A stretch of DNA of 64,000 nucleotides from Armatimonadota bacterium (GTDB lineage Bacteria > Armatimonadota > Fervidibacteria > Fervidibacterales > Thermosaccharophagaceae). The notes below the pieces were generated by a model. That model had not been told where the DNA came from. It saw only the letters and a list, made by a program, of their open reading frames with translations, and searched no databases. The position numbers were made by a program, and so were the translations under genes. Numbering within the stretch: position 1 is the stretch's first letter; each line of letters begins with the position of its first letter. Below, piece by piece: positions 29,982 through 38,893 of this stretch. The stretch is from the NCBI GenBank assembly GCA_025062195.1, contig JANXAS010000005.1:15368-79367 (forward strand), in the 5' to 3' direction.

Positions 29982-30914
29982 ATGGCGGGTGATGTGATTG
30001 TGAGGTCCAAAAGAGAGACATGTGCGTTGTTATGCGTCGGGAGTGTATTTATCCTTCACCTTGTCGCCCTAATCGGCGTATTAGCGCTATGCTCGCAATC
30101 TCAAACTGGAGATAGCGCTCCGCCAAACATGGTTCTTGTTCCCGCTGGTGAGTTCATCATGGGTATTAATTACATCGGCGGACAGGCAGGTCCGTATGCG
30201 GATGAATACCCGGCACACAAAGTTTATGTGCCCTCATTCTACATTGACATCTACGAGGTGACGAACGAGGAGTATAAGCGCTTCTGTGATGCCACAGGCT
30301 ATCCACCACCACCGCATTGGCGCGGCGGGAAGTATCCCGAGGGACAGGACAAGTTTCCCGTGAACAATGTGAGTTGGTATGACGCAGTTGAATATTGCAA
30401 ATGGGCTGGGAAGCGTCTTCCAACGGAAGCTGAATGGGAGAAAGCTGCAAGGGGCACGGATGGGAGAATGTATCCATGGGGTAACGAATTCACCGATGAC
30501 AAAAACAACCCTTACAAGTTCTGCAATGGTGGGCACAGGGGTTTAAAGCCTGTTGGAAGTTACCCTCAAGGTGTAAGCCCATATGGATGCTACGATATGG
30601 TTGGGAATGTAGCTGAGTGGACTTCTGATTGGTATAAGCCATATCCGGGCGCAAAGGTGGGCACCGTCTATGACCCTTTCTACGGCGAGAAGTTGAAGGT
30701 GCACAGGGGTGGTTCTTGGGCTAACTACCCATCTTCTTTACGATGCACATTTAGAGGCACTCACTATCCATGGGGACGATCACCGCTCATAGGATTCAGA
30801 TGTGCAAAGTCAGCCCCTCAAGGTGCCGCTTTGCATTATCGCCAATGGCATATAATTGCAATTCCTCTTGCAGGTGTTGCAACGCATCTCGCTCACAGCT
30901 CAGCTATGCCGTAA
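29982..30914 (+). CDS. FGE-sulfatase (SUMF1-like) domain protein, secreted or membrane-anchored
   Basis: MVLVPAGEFIMG, KRLPTEAEWEKAARG, SPYGCYDMVGNVAEW, RGGSW, IGFRCA. Confidence 0.87.
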   Translation: MAGDVIVRSKRETCALLCVGSVFILHLVALIGVLALCSQSQTGDSAPPNMVLVPAGEFIMGINYIGGQAGPYADEYPAHKVYVPSFYIDIYEVTNEEYKRFCDATGYPPPPHWRGGKYPEGQDKFPVNNVSWYDAVEYCKWAGKRLPTEAEWEKAARGTDGRMYPWGNEFTDDKNNPYKFCNGGHRGLKPVGSYPQGVSPYGCYDMVGNVAEWTSDWYKPYPGAKVGTVYDPFYGEKLKVHRGGSWANYPSSLRCTFRGTHYPWGRSPLIGFRCAKSAPQGAALHYRQWHIIAIPLAGVATHLAHSSAMP

Positions 30915-31015
30915 GGGTTTGAGGTTATACCACTTAGGAGTTGTGCAGCCAGAGGTGCTCTAAATAGGCAATAATAGTCCCCACGAAAATCACTACGAAC
31001 GGGCATGCAAGCGGT

Positions 31016-31086
31016 GTATGAGGGGCTTTAGCCCGAACAGGGATTTCCACGGCTTTAAAGGATTTCGTGTCTGAAGCGACTCATAC
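31016..31086. repeat. REP-like doublet hairpin between convergent genes
   Basis: GTATGAGGGGCTTTAGCCCGAA...TTCGTGTCTGAAGCGACTCATAC. Confidence 0.55.
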
Positions 31087-31347
31087 CTAACACCGCTTTC
31101 AAAAATTAGGGTAACATTTTAGCCAGCCTATCGCTGTGGCTTGTCCAAGAGGGTCTTTAACTTCCATCGCAAGTAAGTGGCTGCGCTAAATTGTGATGTT
31201 TTTAATCGTTTCGTGGTTCAAAAGGCATTGGAGAGCAGCAGGAAACTTTTCCAACTGCGTGGGCAGGTTAAACCTGACTGAAGTATTTGGGGCGTATTTC
31301 GTCTGCCCCCAAATTCAACTGCGTGACCCCTATTCTTGAAAGCAGCG

Positions 31348-32568
31348 TTAGCTTGGTCCGAGGAGGTAGTCAATCAGGGGACCGATTACAGGTATGCGCC
31401 GCTTCTGTTTGGTTGGCTGAACGAGTTCACCGATTGGCGCCTCTCTTCCCATAATGGCGTATGCCAATTGCACGATTGAGCGTGATATCTCGGCGTTCGG
31501 ATGGCTCAATACGAACGGTATCCCATTGTTAACGGACGATACGACGAGGCGACCATCGCTTGGAATTCGCGCAAGCAATGTGCAACCGAGAACTTCCTCA
31601 ACCTTCTCCGGGGTTATTTGAACTTGGCTGTTTGCGCGGTTGAGGACGACCTTGATGCGTTCGGGAGAATACAGTTGGCGCAGTATCTCAAGGGCGACCC
31701 TCGTGTTATGTATTGCAAGCACATCAAGCTCTGTGACGAGGATGATATACTCGGCTGTGTCCAAGGCAACCATTGAGTAGTCCTCAAGGACTGTTGGTAG
31801 ATCCACGATGATGTAGTCAAAGCCCTTTCGGAGCAATGATAGCACCTGCTCAACAAGGTAAACGGTCACAGTCTCCGCATACTGCGGTGTTGATGGTGCA
31901 ACGAGCACTTGCAATCCGGAGTCCTCATGTGTGGTTAAGTGTCTTTCAAGGACTTCAAGCTCAAGCTCGCCTTGCCTCTGAGCCAAGCTTGCTATTGTAT
32001 GCTGCGGCATTAAATTCAAAACCATGTCAACATTGCCATACTGCAAGTTCAAATCAACGAGGCACACAGGACCAGTGTGATGTCTTGCCAGTGCCACCGC
32101 CAAGTTGCATGCAATAACTGTCTTTCCCGAGCCGCCCTTCGGGCTGTAGACGGCTATGATTTGACCAACACGCCCCTCAGACCCACCGGCAGCTAATGCC
32201 CTATACCTTTGAACACGCATTGCCGCCACTCTGACAGCGTCAATTAACTCGTCTCTCGCGACTGGCTTGAGCAAGAAATCGCTTGCCCCCGCACGCATCA
32301 ATTGCCTGAGCAGTATTTTGTCATCGTGCAGCGATATGATTATGACGCCGACATTCGGTGACACCCTCTCCGTCACTTCAATGGCATCAATTCCAGCAAT
32401 GTTAGCATCAAGTATAAGCACATCAGGGCTTAGCGACTTGACCAGCTGTAATGCTTCGTCTCCATCCCGTGCTTCCCCAATAACTTCAATCGTCGGGTCA
32501 GCGCGAAGGATCGTCTTTATGTTCTCTCTTGACTCAGTCAAGCTGTCAGCCACTATAACTGTTGGCAC
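31348..32568 (-). CDS. cpaE: Tad pilus assembly protein CpaE/TadZ (receiver domain + MinD-like ATPase)
   Basis: N-terminal REC (PDVLILD, DFLLKP), SPKGGSGKT, DLNLQYG; follows cpaC. Confidence 0.9.
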   Translation of the reverse strand: MPTVIVADSLTESRENIKTILRADPTIEVIGEARDGDEALQLVKSLSPDVLILDANIAGIDAIEVTERVSPNVGVIIISLHDDKILLRQLMRAGASDFLLKPVARDELIDAVRVAAMRVQRYRALAAGGSEGRVGQIIAVYSPKGGSGKTVIACNLAVALARHHTGPVCLVDLNLQYGNVDMVLNLMPQHTIASLAQRQGELELEVLERHLTTHEDSGLQVLVAPSTPQYAETVTVYLVEQVLSLLRKGFDYIIVDLPTVLEDYSMVALDTAEYIILVTELDVLAIHNTRVALEILRQLYSPERIKVVLNRANSQVQITPEKVEEVLGCTLLARIPSDGRLVVSSVNNGIPFVLSHPNAEISRSIVQLAYAIMGREAPIGELVQPTKQKRRIPVIGPLIDYLLGPS

Positions 32569-32655
32569 AGCTTTATCACCTCGTTATGGTTTCAGTGAAT
32601 AGCACACTGCCAAAATCGCGCCCGCTCCATTAACCATTATGGCTTTGCCAACTGC

Positions 32656-34857
32656 TTATCTGCCGACCCCAAATGGTGCGCCAATTGCTCCGGCACCGAA
32701 GCCACCAATCCCGAATGCCGGCATGGCAGGTGCTGGCAATGGCGGCAGCTTTAAGACCTCCTCGTAAAGCTGTAATGCCTCTTCACTCACAACTTCGTCA
32801 AACAGGCGCACTGTCATCGTTATCACAAGCTCAGATTGCAAGCGCTGAAATTCACGGCTCTTGAACAGCTCCCCGATAATTGGTATTGATGATAGGAATG
32901 GCAAGCGCCTCCAAGCCTGTCTGTCCTCTTCCTGAATGAGACCGGATATTACGAGAGTATCACCATCCCTTAGCAGGACTCTGTCCTCGTGGCGGCGCAT
33001 TCTGAATCCCGGCACCCTCGCCCCGTAGATTGTGGTGGCTAAGGCATAATCCGGTGCCGATGACTCAACTCGGTAGTGCACGAATATCTCACCGGCATCC
33101 GTTGAGCGTGGGTGAAGCGTAAGCATAATTCCAAACGGGGCAAACTGAACGCCACCAAGCGCTCCAGCTGCAGCTCCAGTGACGAGTGCAGCAACCGGTA
33201 TTGGCACCATGCCGCCAACTAAGAAGGTTGCATCTGTCCCCTCAAGGACAAATTGCTGTGGGCGGGCAAGCAGCCTCGCCAAACCCTTCTCAATGAGCAT
33301 GTTTAGCCGTATAGCCAGCGGCGATAGCCTTGTAAACACTCCGGGGACCGCAACTCCAAATGCGGCACCAGGTGGCGTCTGTGGTGTCTCACCAAATGTG
33401 ACTTGCCCGGCTTCAATGTTGACACCGGTTATTCCAGCAGCTCCCGGAGCTACTCCAACGGTTATTTGCTCACCGATTTGCACGCCGAGTTTATCAAGAG
33501 CCGTTTTTGATACCTCAAGCACGCGCACCTCAACCATTACCTGTTGAACTGTCTTTGGCTTCTCCACCTCAATCTGATTTACTACTGCCCCAAACAGCTT
33601 TGCGATTTCCTCAGCCCTATCCCTTTCCTCCTTTCGCTTGACCTTGCCAGTCAAAACTATCTTGTCATCAATTATCCTGACCTCAACTTGTGGCATGCCT
33701 ATCATGTCCCGTATCTTCTTTGCTTTCTCAACCTCAGGCGGGATAGGCACTGGAACATATTTCACTTTGATATGCTTGATGACTTTTGTTGCCCATAGCG
33801 ATGCAACTTGCTCGGCGAAGGCAGCTTCTGCATCCGTCTCCACTTCACCGCGAAGCACAGCCACAAAGCCCTCATCGTGCGGATAAACTGAGACTTTAAT
33901 AGTTGGGATATTAAGCGCATCCTCAATCCTCATCCTTATCTCCTCAACAGTTGGCTTTGGCTTAATAACCTCTGGCGGTCTCCTCTCCGGCAGTGTGATT
34001 ATGTGCAACCAGAAGTTTGTCCATAACAGCCTCTCTGCGCCCTCAACCTTTACCCTCTCCCAAACGATCACATTCGTTTGACCTTCCTTCCTCCCGACAA
34101 GCAGCAACTCAAGCTTTGATGGCGCCATAACACCAACAAGCTCGGGGTTGCCGATTGCCACCTGCTCAATCGTTCCCTTTGTAGCTTCAATGAGCATGCT
34201 AACTCCAACTGGCAATTCAACATTAATCCTTTTGCCCTCACCGGGGGCTGTCATAACTACTGGGTTGGTCAAAGCGCTTATGTTCACAACTTCAGGTTGT
34301 AGCTCAACTTGTTTTTGCTTTACCACAACTATGTTGTTGATGACACCCTTTGGTGAAAACTGGAGCGCAATTCTCTCAGCGCGTTCTCTTTCGGCTTCGC
34401 TTGCGACATTGCCTTCAAGGACGAGCTTTCCGGCTTCCATTCTAACTTGCACAGTCGGCAACCCAATGGCACGCTGCACTTGCTCAACCAATGGTGCAAT
34501 TGGAGTCACAGCTGGCTTCTCTGGTTCCTTTTGTGGCTGGCTCACCTTTGCGCCAACCTGCACAAAGAAGCAAAATCGTTTGCCAATTGAGTCAACGAAA
34601 ATCCGTGACTGACCCACATTAATGGCTTCAATCATGAGCGCATCTCCAACTTTGCGCGGGCGCACTACAGTTGGGTCTGTGACGGAAAAATCAAAATCGG
34701 CTCCAATTGAGAGCTTAATAATCTCGCCAACTTCCATGCGCAACGGAACATCAATCGCTGTCCCCTCACATCGCGCCACACCTACCGTTAAGAGCATCAA
34801 GCTAATCGTTGCAACGATGGCATTTTTAACTCCATCCCACCTCTCCATATTTTTCAC
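32656..34857 (-). CDS. cpaC: Tad secretin CpaC/RcpA with multiple BON domains
   Basis: Signal peptide; BON-like LEGNV/LRGEV/LTGKV repeats; QVMVEVRVLEV, ATFLVGG, LPFLSSIPIIGELFKS. Confidence 0.88.
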   Translation of the reverse strand: MKNMERWDGVKNAIVATISLMLLTVGVARCEGTAIDVPLRMEVGEIIKLSIGADFDFSVTDPTVVRPRKVGDALMIEAINVGQSRIFVDSIGKRFCFFVQVGAKVSQPQKEPEKPAVTPIAPLVEQVQRAIGLPTVQVRMEAGKLVLEGNVASEAERERAERIALQFSPKGVINNIVVVKQKQVELQPEVVNISALTNPVVMTAPGEGKRINVELPVGVSMLIEATKGTIEQVAIGNPELVGVMAPSKLELLLVGRKEGQTNVIVWERVKVEGAERLLWTNFWLHIITLPERRPPEVIKPKPTVEEIRMRIEDALNIPTIKVSVYPHDEGFVAVLRGEVETDAEAAFAEQVASLWATKVIKHIKVKYVPVPIPPEVEKAKKIRDMIGMPQVEVRIIDDKIVLTGKVKRKEERDRAEEIAKLFGAVVNQIEVEKPKTVQQVMVEVRVLEVSKTALDKLGVQIGEQITVGVAPGAAGITGVNIEAGQVTFGETPQTPPGAAFGVAVPGVFTRLSPLAIRLNMLIEKGLARLLARPQQFVLEGTDATFLVGGMVPIPVAALVTGAAAGALGGVQFAPFGIMLTLHPRSTDAGEIFVHYRVESSAPDYALATTIYGARVPGFRMRRHEDRVLLRDGDTLVISGLIQEEDRQAWRRLPFLSSIPIIGELFKSREFQRLQSELVITMTVRLFDEVVSEEALQLYEEVLKLPPLPAPAMPAFGIGGFGAGAIGAPFGVGR

Positions 34858-34879
34858 CCCAACCTTTTATTAGCCGCAA

Positions 34880-36103
34880 TTACTGCCTTAATGGTGCTGC
34901 TTCAACTGGCTGTCCAACTGGAGCTCGTATGGACTGCGTCCCAAGAAATATCGTCACCGTCTCTTTTTGCTCCGGTGGAGTTGGTGTTACAACTTCCAGT
35001 GGCTTGGCTTTCATACTCTCAATCTCTTTCTCAACATTCTTTAAGCGCTCATTAACTTCAACCATGAGCTGCTTCAATTGGGCATCTGTAACAGCGTTCG
35101 TGACAACCCTTCGCATTGCGTGCATTTCCTGACGGAGGCGCTCTTGTTCCTCATGTATGCTGCGCACTTGCGGTGCTAAATCTGAAAGCAGCTTGCCGTG
35201 CACATTGGCTGCAATTTGTGCCGGGTCTACAGGCGGCAATTGTGGCACTGGCAGAGTCGGTTGGCGTGCTCTCCCGAACACCTTATCAAGGTCTTCAAGC
35301 GCCATCCCAGCTCCCTTTGCAGCTATCCTTTCAACAGCCGGGTGAATATCACTTGCCATCGTCGGGCGCTTTTGTGGCGCTTTAGGAACAGGTGTTGGAA
35401 CCGGTGGGCGAGACGAGAGCAGTGAAAATTCAATTCGGACATTTGTTTGAGCGCTGACGAGTGCTATCCTTTCAGCCTCTTCAGGGCGAACAAGCAGCAA
35501 GAGGGTGCGAAGTGGTGATGGCTGCTGAGCTTGCTGCTCTTGTTGCACTTGTTGTTGAGCGGCTTGTGGCGGTTGACCACGCATTGAAAGTTCAACATTC
35601 ATCACCTTCGTATCAACGCCGAGCACAACCGCATCCTCAACTATCGTTTGGGAAAGCAACCCGCCAAAGGAGGCGATTATGCGCACATGGTCGCCAGTCC
35701 TCAGCATGCGGTATAGGGCTTCATTGTCTATTGGCAATGCAACTGCCACATAGCCTTCGGGTATGAGTGCGCCCAAACCCTCTTGCGAGAGCGGTTGCGT
35801 GACATCGCTTCGCATTACAGGTGTTCCGGCGAATATGTCCACCTTGGCGACACGGTTTATAACATCGTCAATTCTGGCGAATGACCCTTCTGGAACTTCT
35901 TTTGGCAGGCGCCTCTCCTCACGAAGCATTGCGCCGGTTATGACAGTGTGGGCTGGTATATCAACGGAAGCTATTACAACCTTTGCATATTCAATCACCG
36001 GCTTTGGTGGCGGTGTCGTCCTCCTTATCCAAAAGATACGCCCAATGAGGAAGATGACAAACATCAAACCAAGGAGGATTGATATTCTGAGCATTCTTGG
36101 CAC
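34880..36103 (-). CDS. cpaB: Flp pilus assembly protein CpaB/RcpC with C-terminal coiled coil
   Basis: TM helix, SAF domain VVIASVDIPAHTVIT, IPEGYVAVAL, GDHVRII. Confidence 0.85.
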   Translation of the reverse strand: MPRMLRISILLGLMFVIFLIGRIFWIRRTTPPPKPVIEYAKVVIASVDIPAHTVITGAMLREERRLPKEVPEGSFARIDDVINRVAKVDIFAGTPVMRSDVTQPLSQEGLGALIPEGYVAVALPIDNEALYRMLRTGDHVRIIASFGGLLSQTIVEDAVVLGVDTKVMNVELSMRGQPPQAAQQQVQQEQQAQQPSPLRTLLLLVRPEEAERIALVSAQTNVRIEFSLLSSRPPVPTPVPKAPQKRPTMASDIHPAVERIAAKGAGMALEDLDKVFGRARQPTLPVPQLPPVDPAQIAANVHGKLLSDLAPQVRSIHEEQERLRQEMHAMRRVVTNAVTDAQLKQLMVEVNERLKNVEKEIESMKAKPLEVVTPTPPEQKETVTIFLGTQSIRAPVGQPVEAAPLRQ

Positions 36104-36109
36104 AGTGTC

Positions 36110-36694
36110 TCACCTTGCCTTGAAGAGTGGGTTTGCATGTCCAAAAGATGCTTCCAACACCATCGCAAGAATGCATCCAAGAGCAAGATTTAACACATAC
36201 GGAAAGCGCGTCTCATCCTCATGCTCATACTCAACTGGCACACCCGCAACATAGCGCAGGTGAAGGTAGCTCATGAGGCGCACAAAAGGCTTCAAACCGA
36301 GCCGCCGCCTTATCAACACAACTGCTGACACTATCCCACCGATTGCCGCCCCGTAAAGAAACGCCCAAAATGGATACGACTCCCAAAACATGAGCTCGCT
36401 ACCTTTAAGAGCACCAACTGCCATGCAGAATTTAACATCACCACCTTTAAACCATCCGATAGCAAACGGCACGAAGAATACACCCAGTCCAACCAACAAC
36501 CCGATGAGCGAGTTTGCCAAACCAATTTTACCATCCAATAACAGATTTGTCACAATGCCAACAGCCATGGATGGGAATGTAAGCTTGTTTGGCACTTTGC
36601 TGTATCGGCAATCGGTGTAGCACGCAGCTGCAATAAAGAGCAGCGTGAGCAAATCGCGCACAAGCAACTTCATCAATTCGGGATTGGATGGCAT
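36110..36694 (-). CDS. cpaA: Prepilin peptidase A24 (CpaA/TadV)
   Basis: ACYTD..YSKVPN, GGDVKF catalytic aspartates, FPY motif. Confidence 0.9.
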   Translation of the reverse strand: MPSNPELMKLLVRDLLTLLFIAAACYTDCRYSKVPNKLTFPSMAVGIVTNLLLDGKIGLANSLIGLLVGLGVFFVPFAIGWFKGGDVKFCMAVGALKGSELMFWESYPFWAFLYGAAIGGIVSAVVLIRRRLGLKPFVRLMSYLHLRYVAGVPVEYEHEDETRFPYVLNLALGCILAMVLEASFGHANPLFKAR

Positions 36695-36887
36695 CCTCTA
36701 CCGCCTCGCCTTAAATGCATGAATGGTAGCGAGCAGCGTCTCCCATCTCTTTGTCAGCAGTTTTTGTTTTTGACGGGCAGTCGTTTGACCCTGCAAAATA
36801 ATGCTGCAAAGCAATTCTTTCGTCAATTAAGCCGTTGAATTATTAGTGGGTGATGTCAATGGTTGGGCATTTGGAGATCGGTAAAGT

Positions 36888-38693
36888 TTACATTGCTGGC
36901 ACCTGCTCAATACGCCTTAGTTGTGCTGCCGCGCTGTTGCGCACACTCTCATTCGGTATGCTCTTCATTGCTTCCTTAAGTAAATCTGCGTCCGAATATG
37001 CGCGTCCATCAATCATCGCAAGTGCGTTTGCGCATGCGGCTTTGAGGGAGACATCCCGAGCTATAACAAACGCCTCAAGCAACAAACCCCTTGCCGGTTT
37101 ATACCTCAGCTTGCCGAGGGCATGTGCAGCCTCACGCCTCACATCAATACTTTCGTCGCTTCTGAGCAGGTTCAAAAGCGCATTAGCACCTGCAGTAGCA
37201 CCAATTTCACCGATTGCCCATGCTGCAGCTGAGCGCACTCTCTCAGACTTGTGGCGCAGTTGGTTCAGCAGTTCATCGGCAGCTGAGCTCACCTTCCAAA
37301 TGCCAAGTAGCTTTATTATGTGTTCCTTTGCCTCCACACCCTTTATTTGCTGCAGTGCTTCAATGGCAGCCGAGCCCGCCTCAGCGCCGAATCGCTGTAA
37401 AGCGCCATATGCATGCCAGCGCACCTTACTTGATTCATCCTCCAATGCCTCAAGCAAAGCCGGCACTGCTTGAGGGTCGCCAATTCTTCCAAGGGATATT
37501 ACGGAAGCGATGCGCACATCCTCACTTTTATCCTTTGTGGCTTTGATAAGCTCCTTGGTAGCGTCCTTGCAGCGCATCTCACCCAATGCCTTTGCAGCTC
37601 CCCAGCGTTTTAAATCCTCCTTTGAGCGAACGGCGCTCAGCAATGCTCTCACTGCCGGTAGACCAACTTCGGATAATGCGCTTGCCGCACGCACCCGCAA
37701 ACTCTCGTCTTGTTCGGTGAGCATGTTGACGAGAAAATCAATCGCCTCTTTGTCGCCCATCTTTCCGAGGGCAACAGCGGCGCTCAATCTGACCTTCATC
37801 TCCTCGGCTTTGTCATTCATCTGGGTCTTCAGGGGCTCAATCGCAGCGCGCGCTCCTATTTTTCCGAGTGCTTCAGCTGCAGCTGCCCTCACATCTGGGT
37901 CTGAGTCCGAAAGGCGCTCAATCAAATCAGCTGTAGCCAATTTGTATTTCAACTGCCCTAAGTAACGGCACATGTCGCGCCTTACGAGCCTATCCTTGCC
38001 CTCACTGCTCTGTGGGTCTAATGCGGCTCTAAAGCGCTCGCAAATTAGCTTTAGGGCGCGCTTTGCTTCCTCCTTGGCGATGCCGCTGCCAAGCTCCGCA
38101 GTTTGAACAACCGCTCTTAATGCCTTTGCTCCAAGCCCCTTCAGAGATTCAACCGCTGCATCCCTCACAGCCTTCCGTTCGTCACCGAGAAACGGAATTA
38201 ATACCGGCACTGCTTCCTCATCATCCAAGCCGCCCATCGCCTTAATCGCCGCAATTTGCACATCCGTATTTTCATCCCTAACCATCTCAATCAGTGTTCT
38301 TGTCGCCTCACCACCCTTTATCTTTCCGAGCGCTTCAGCCACAGCTGCACGGACCTTTGCATCTTCATCCTTCCTCGCCTCGCGCAGGTAAACTATGCCT
38401 CCAGACTTCGCAAAGTTGCCCAACATGACGGCAGCAGCGTAGCGCACCCTCGCATCTTTGTCACTTAGAAGTTTTCCAACCGGCTCAACGGCAACATCGG
38501 CGTAGTCCTTGAACAGTTTCTCATACAGCTCATTGAAGTTCTCCGGGTTGGCTTTTAGTTCCTTTACCGCCTTTGCCACCTTCTCCTTCTTCTCTTCAAG
38601 GCTTTCACCACAGCCGTTTAAACAAATTGCAGCAGCAACCATCAATACAAGCATGCACAAATTTAACGCCTTAAATGTCTTCACTCGGTTCAC
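36888..38693 (-). CDS. HEAT-repeat (PBS-lyase-like) lipoprotein
   Basis: Lipobox LNGC; many D..VR..AA.ALG.IG repeats; likely GTG start at 38693 (alternatives 38765, 38840). Confidence 0.85.
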   Translation of the reverse strand: MNRVKTFKALNLCMLVLMVAAAICLNGCGESLEEKKEKVAKAVKELKANPENFNELYEKLFKDYADVAVEPVGKLLSDKDARVRYAAAVMLGNFAKSGGIVYLREARKDEDAKVRAAVAEALGKIKGGEATRTLIEMVRDENTDVQIAAIKAMGGLDDEEAVPVLIPFLGDERKAVRDAAVESLKGLGAKALRAVVQTAELGSGIAKEEAKRALKLICERFRAALDPQSSEGKDRLVRRDMCRYLGQLKYKLATADLIERLSDSDPDVRAAAAEALGKIGARAAIEPLKTQMNDKAEEMKVRLSAAVALGKMGDKEAIDFLVNMLTEQDESLRVRAASALSEVGLPAVRALLSAVRSKEDLKRWGAAKALGEMRCKDATKELIKATKDKSEDVRIASVISLGRIGDPQAVPALLEALEDESSKVRWHAYGALQRFGAEAGSAAIEALQQIKGVEAKEHIIKLLGIWKVSSAADELLNQLRHKSERVRSAAAWAIGEIGATAGANALLNLLRSDESIDVRREAAHALGKLRYKPARGLLLEAFVIARDVSLKAACANALAMIDGRAYSDADLLKEAMKSIPNESVRNSAAAQLRRIEQVPAM

Positions 38694-38703
38694 CGTCGGC
38701 TCA

Positions 38704-38804
38704 CCCCATCCTTGACCATATTGGTGATGCAACCAATGTGAGAAACTCAAGCACGACTTCAGCATTCTTCCCCATCCTTGACCATTGTGGTAATGCAACC
38801 CAAT
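38704..38804. repeat. Two ~34-bp direct repeats 66 bp apart that include the RBS of the HEAT gene
   Basis: CCCCATCCTTGACCAT..TGGT.ATGCAACC at 38704 and 38770. Confidence 0.85.
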
Positions 38805-38893
38805 TTGGAGCCGCCAAAAGTTATCAAATTGGCGCGCCAATCATGCCATTGACAGTATAGCGCCGATGTTAAGTTGGTGCACACAAGTTCAAT

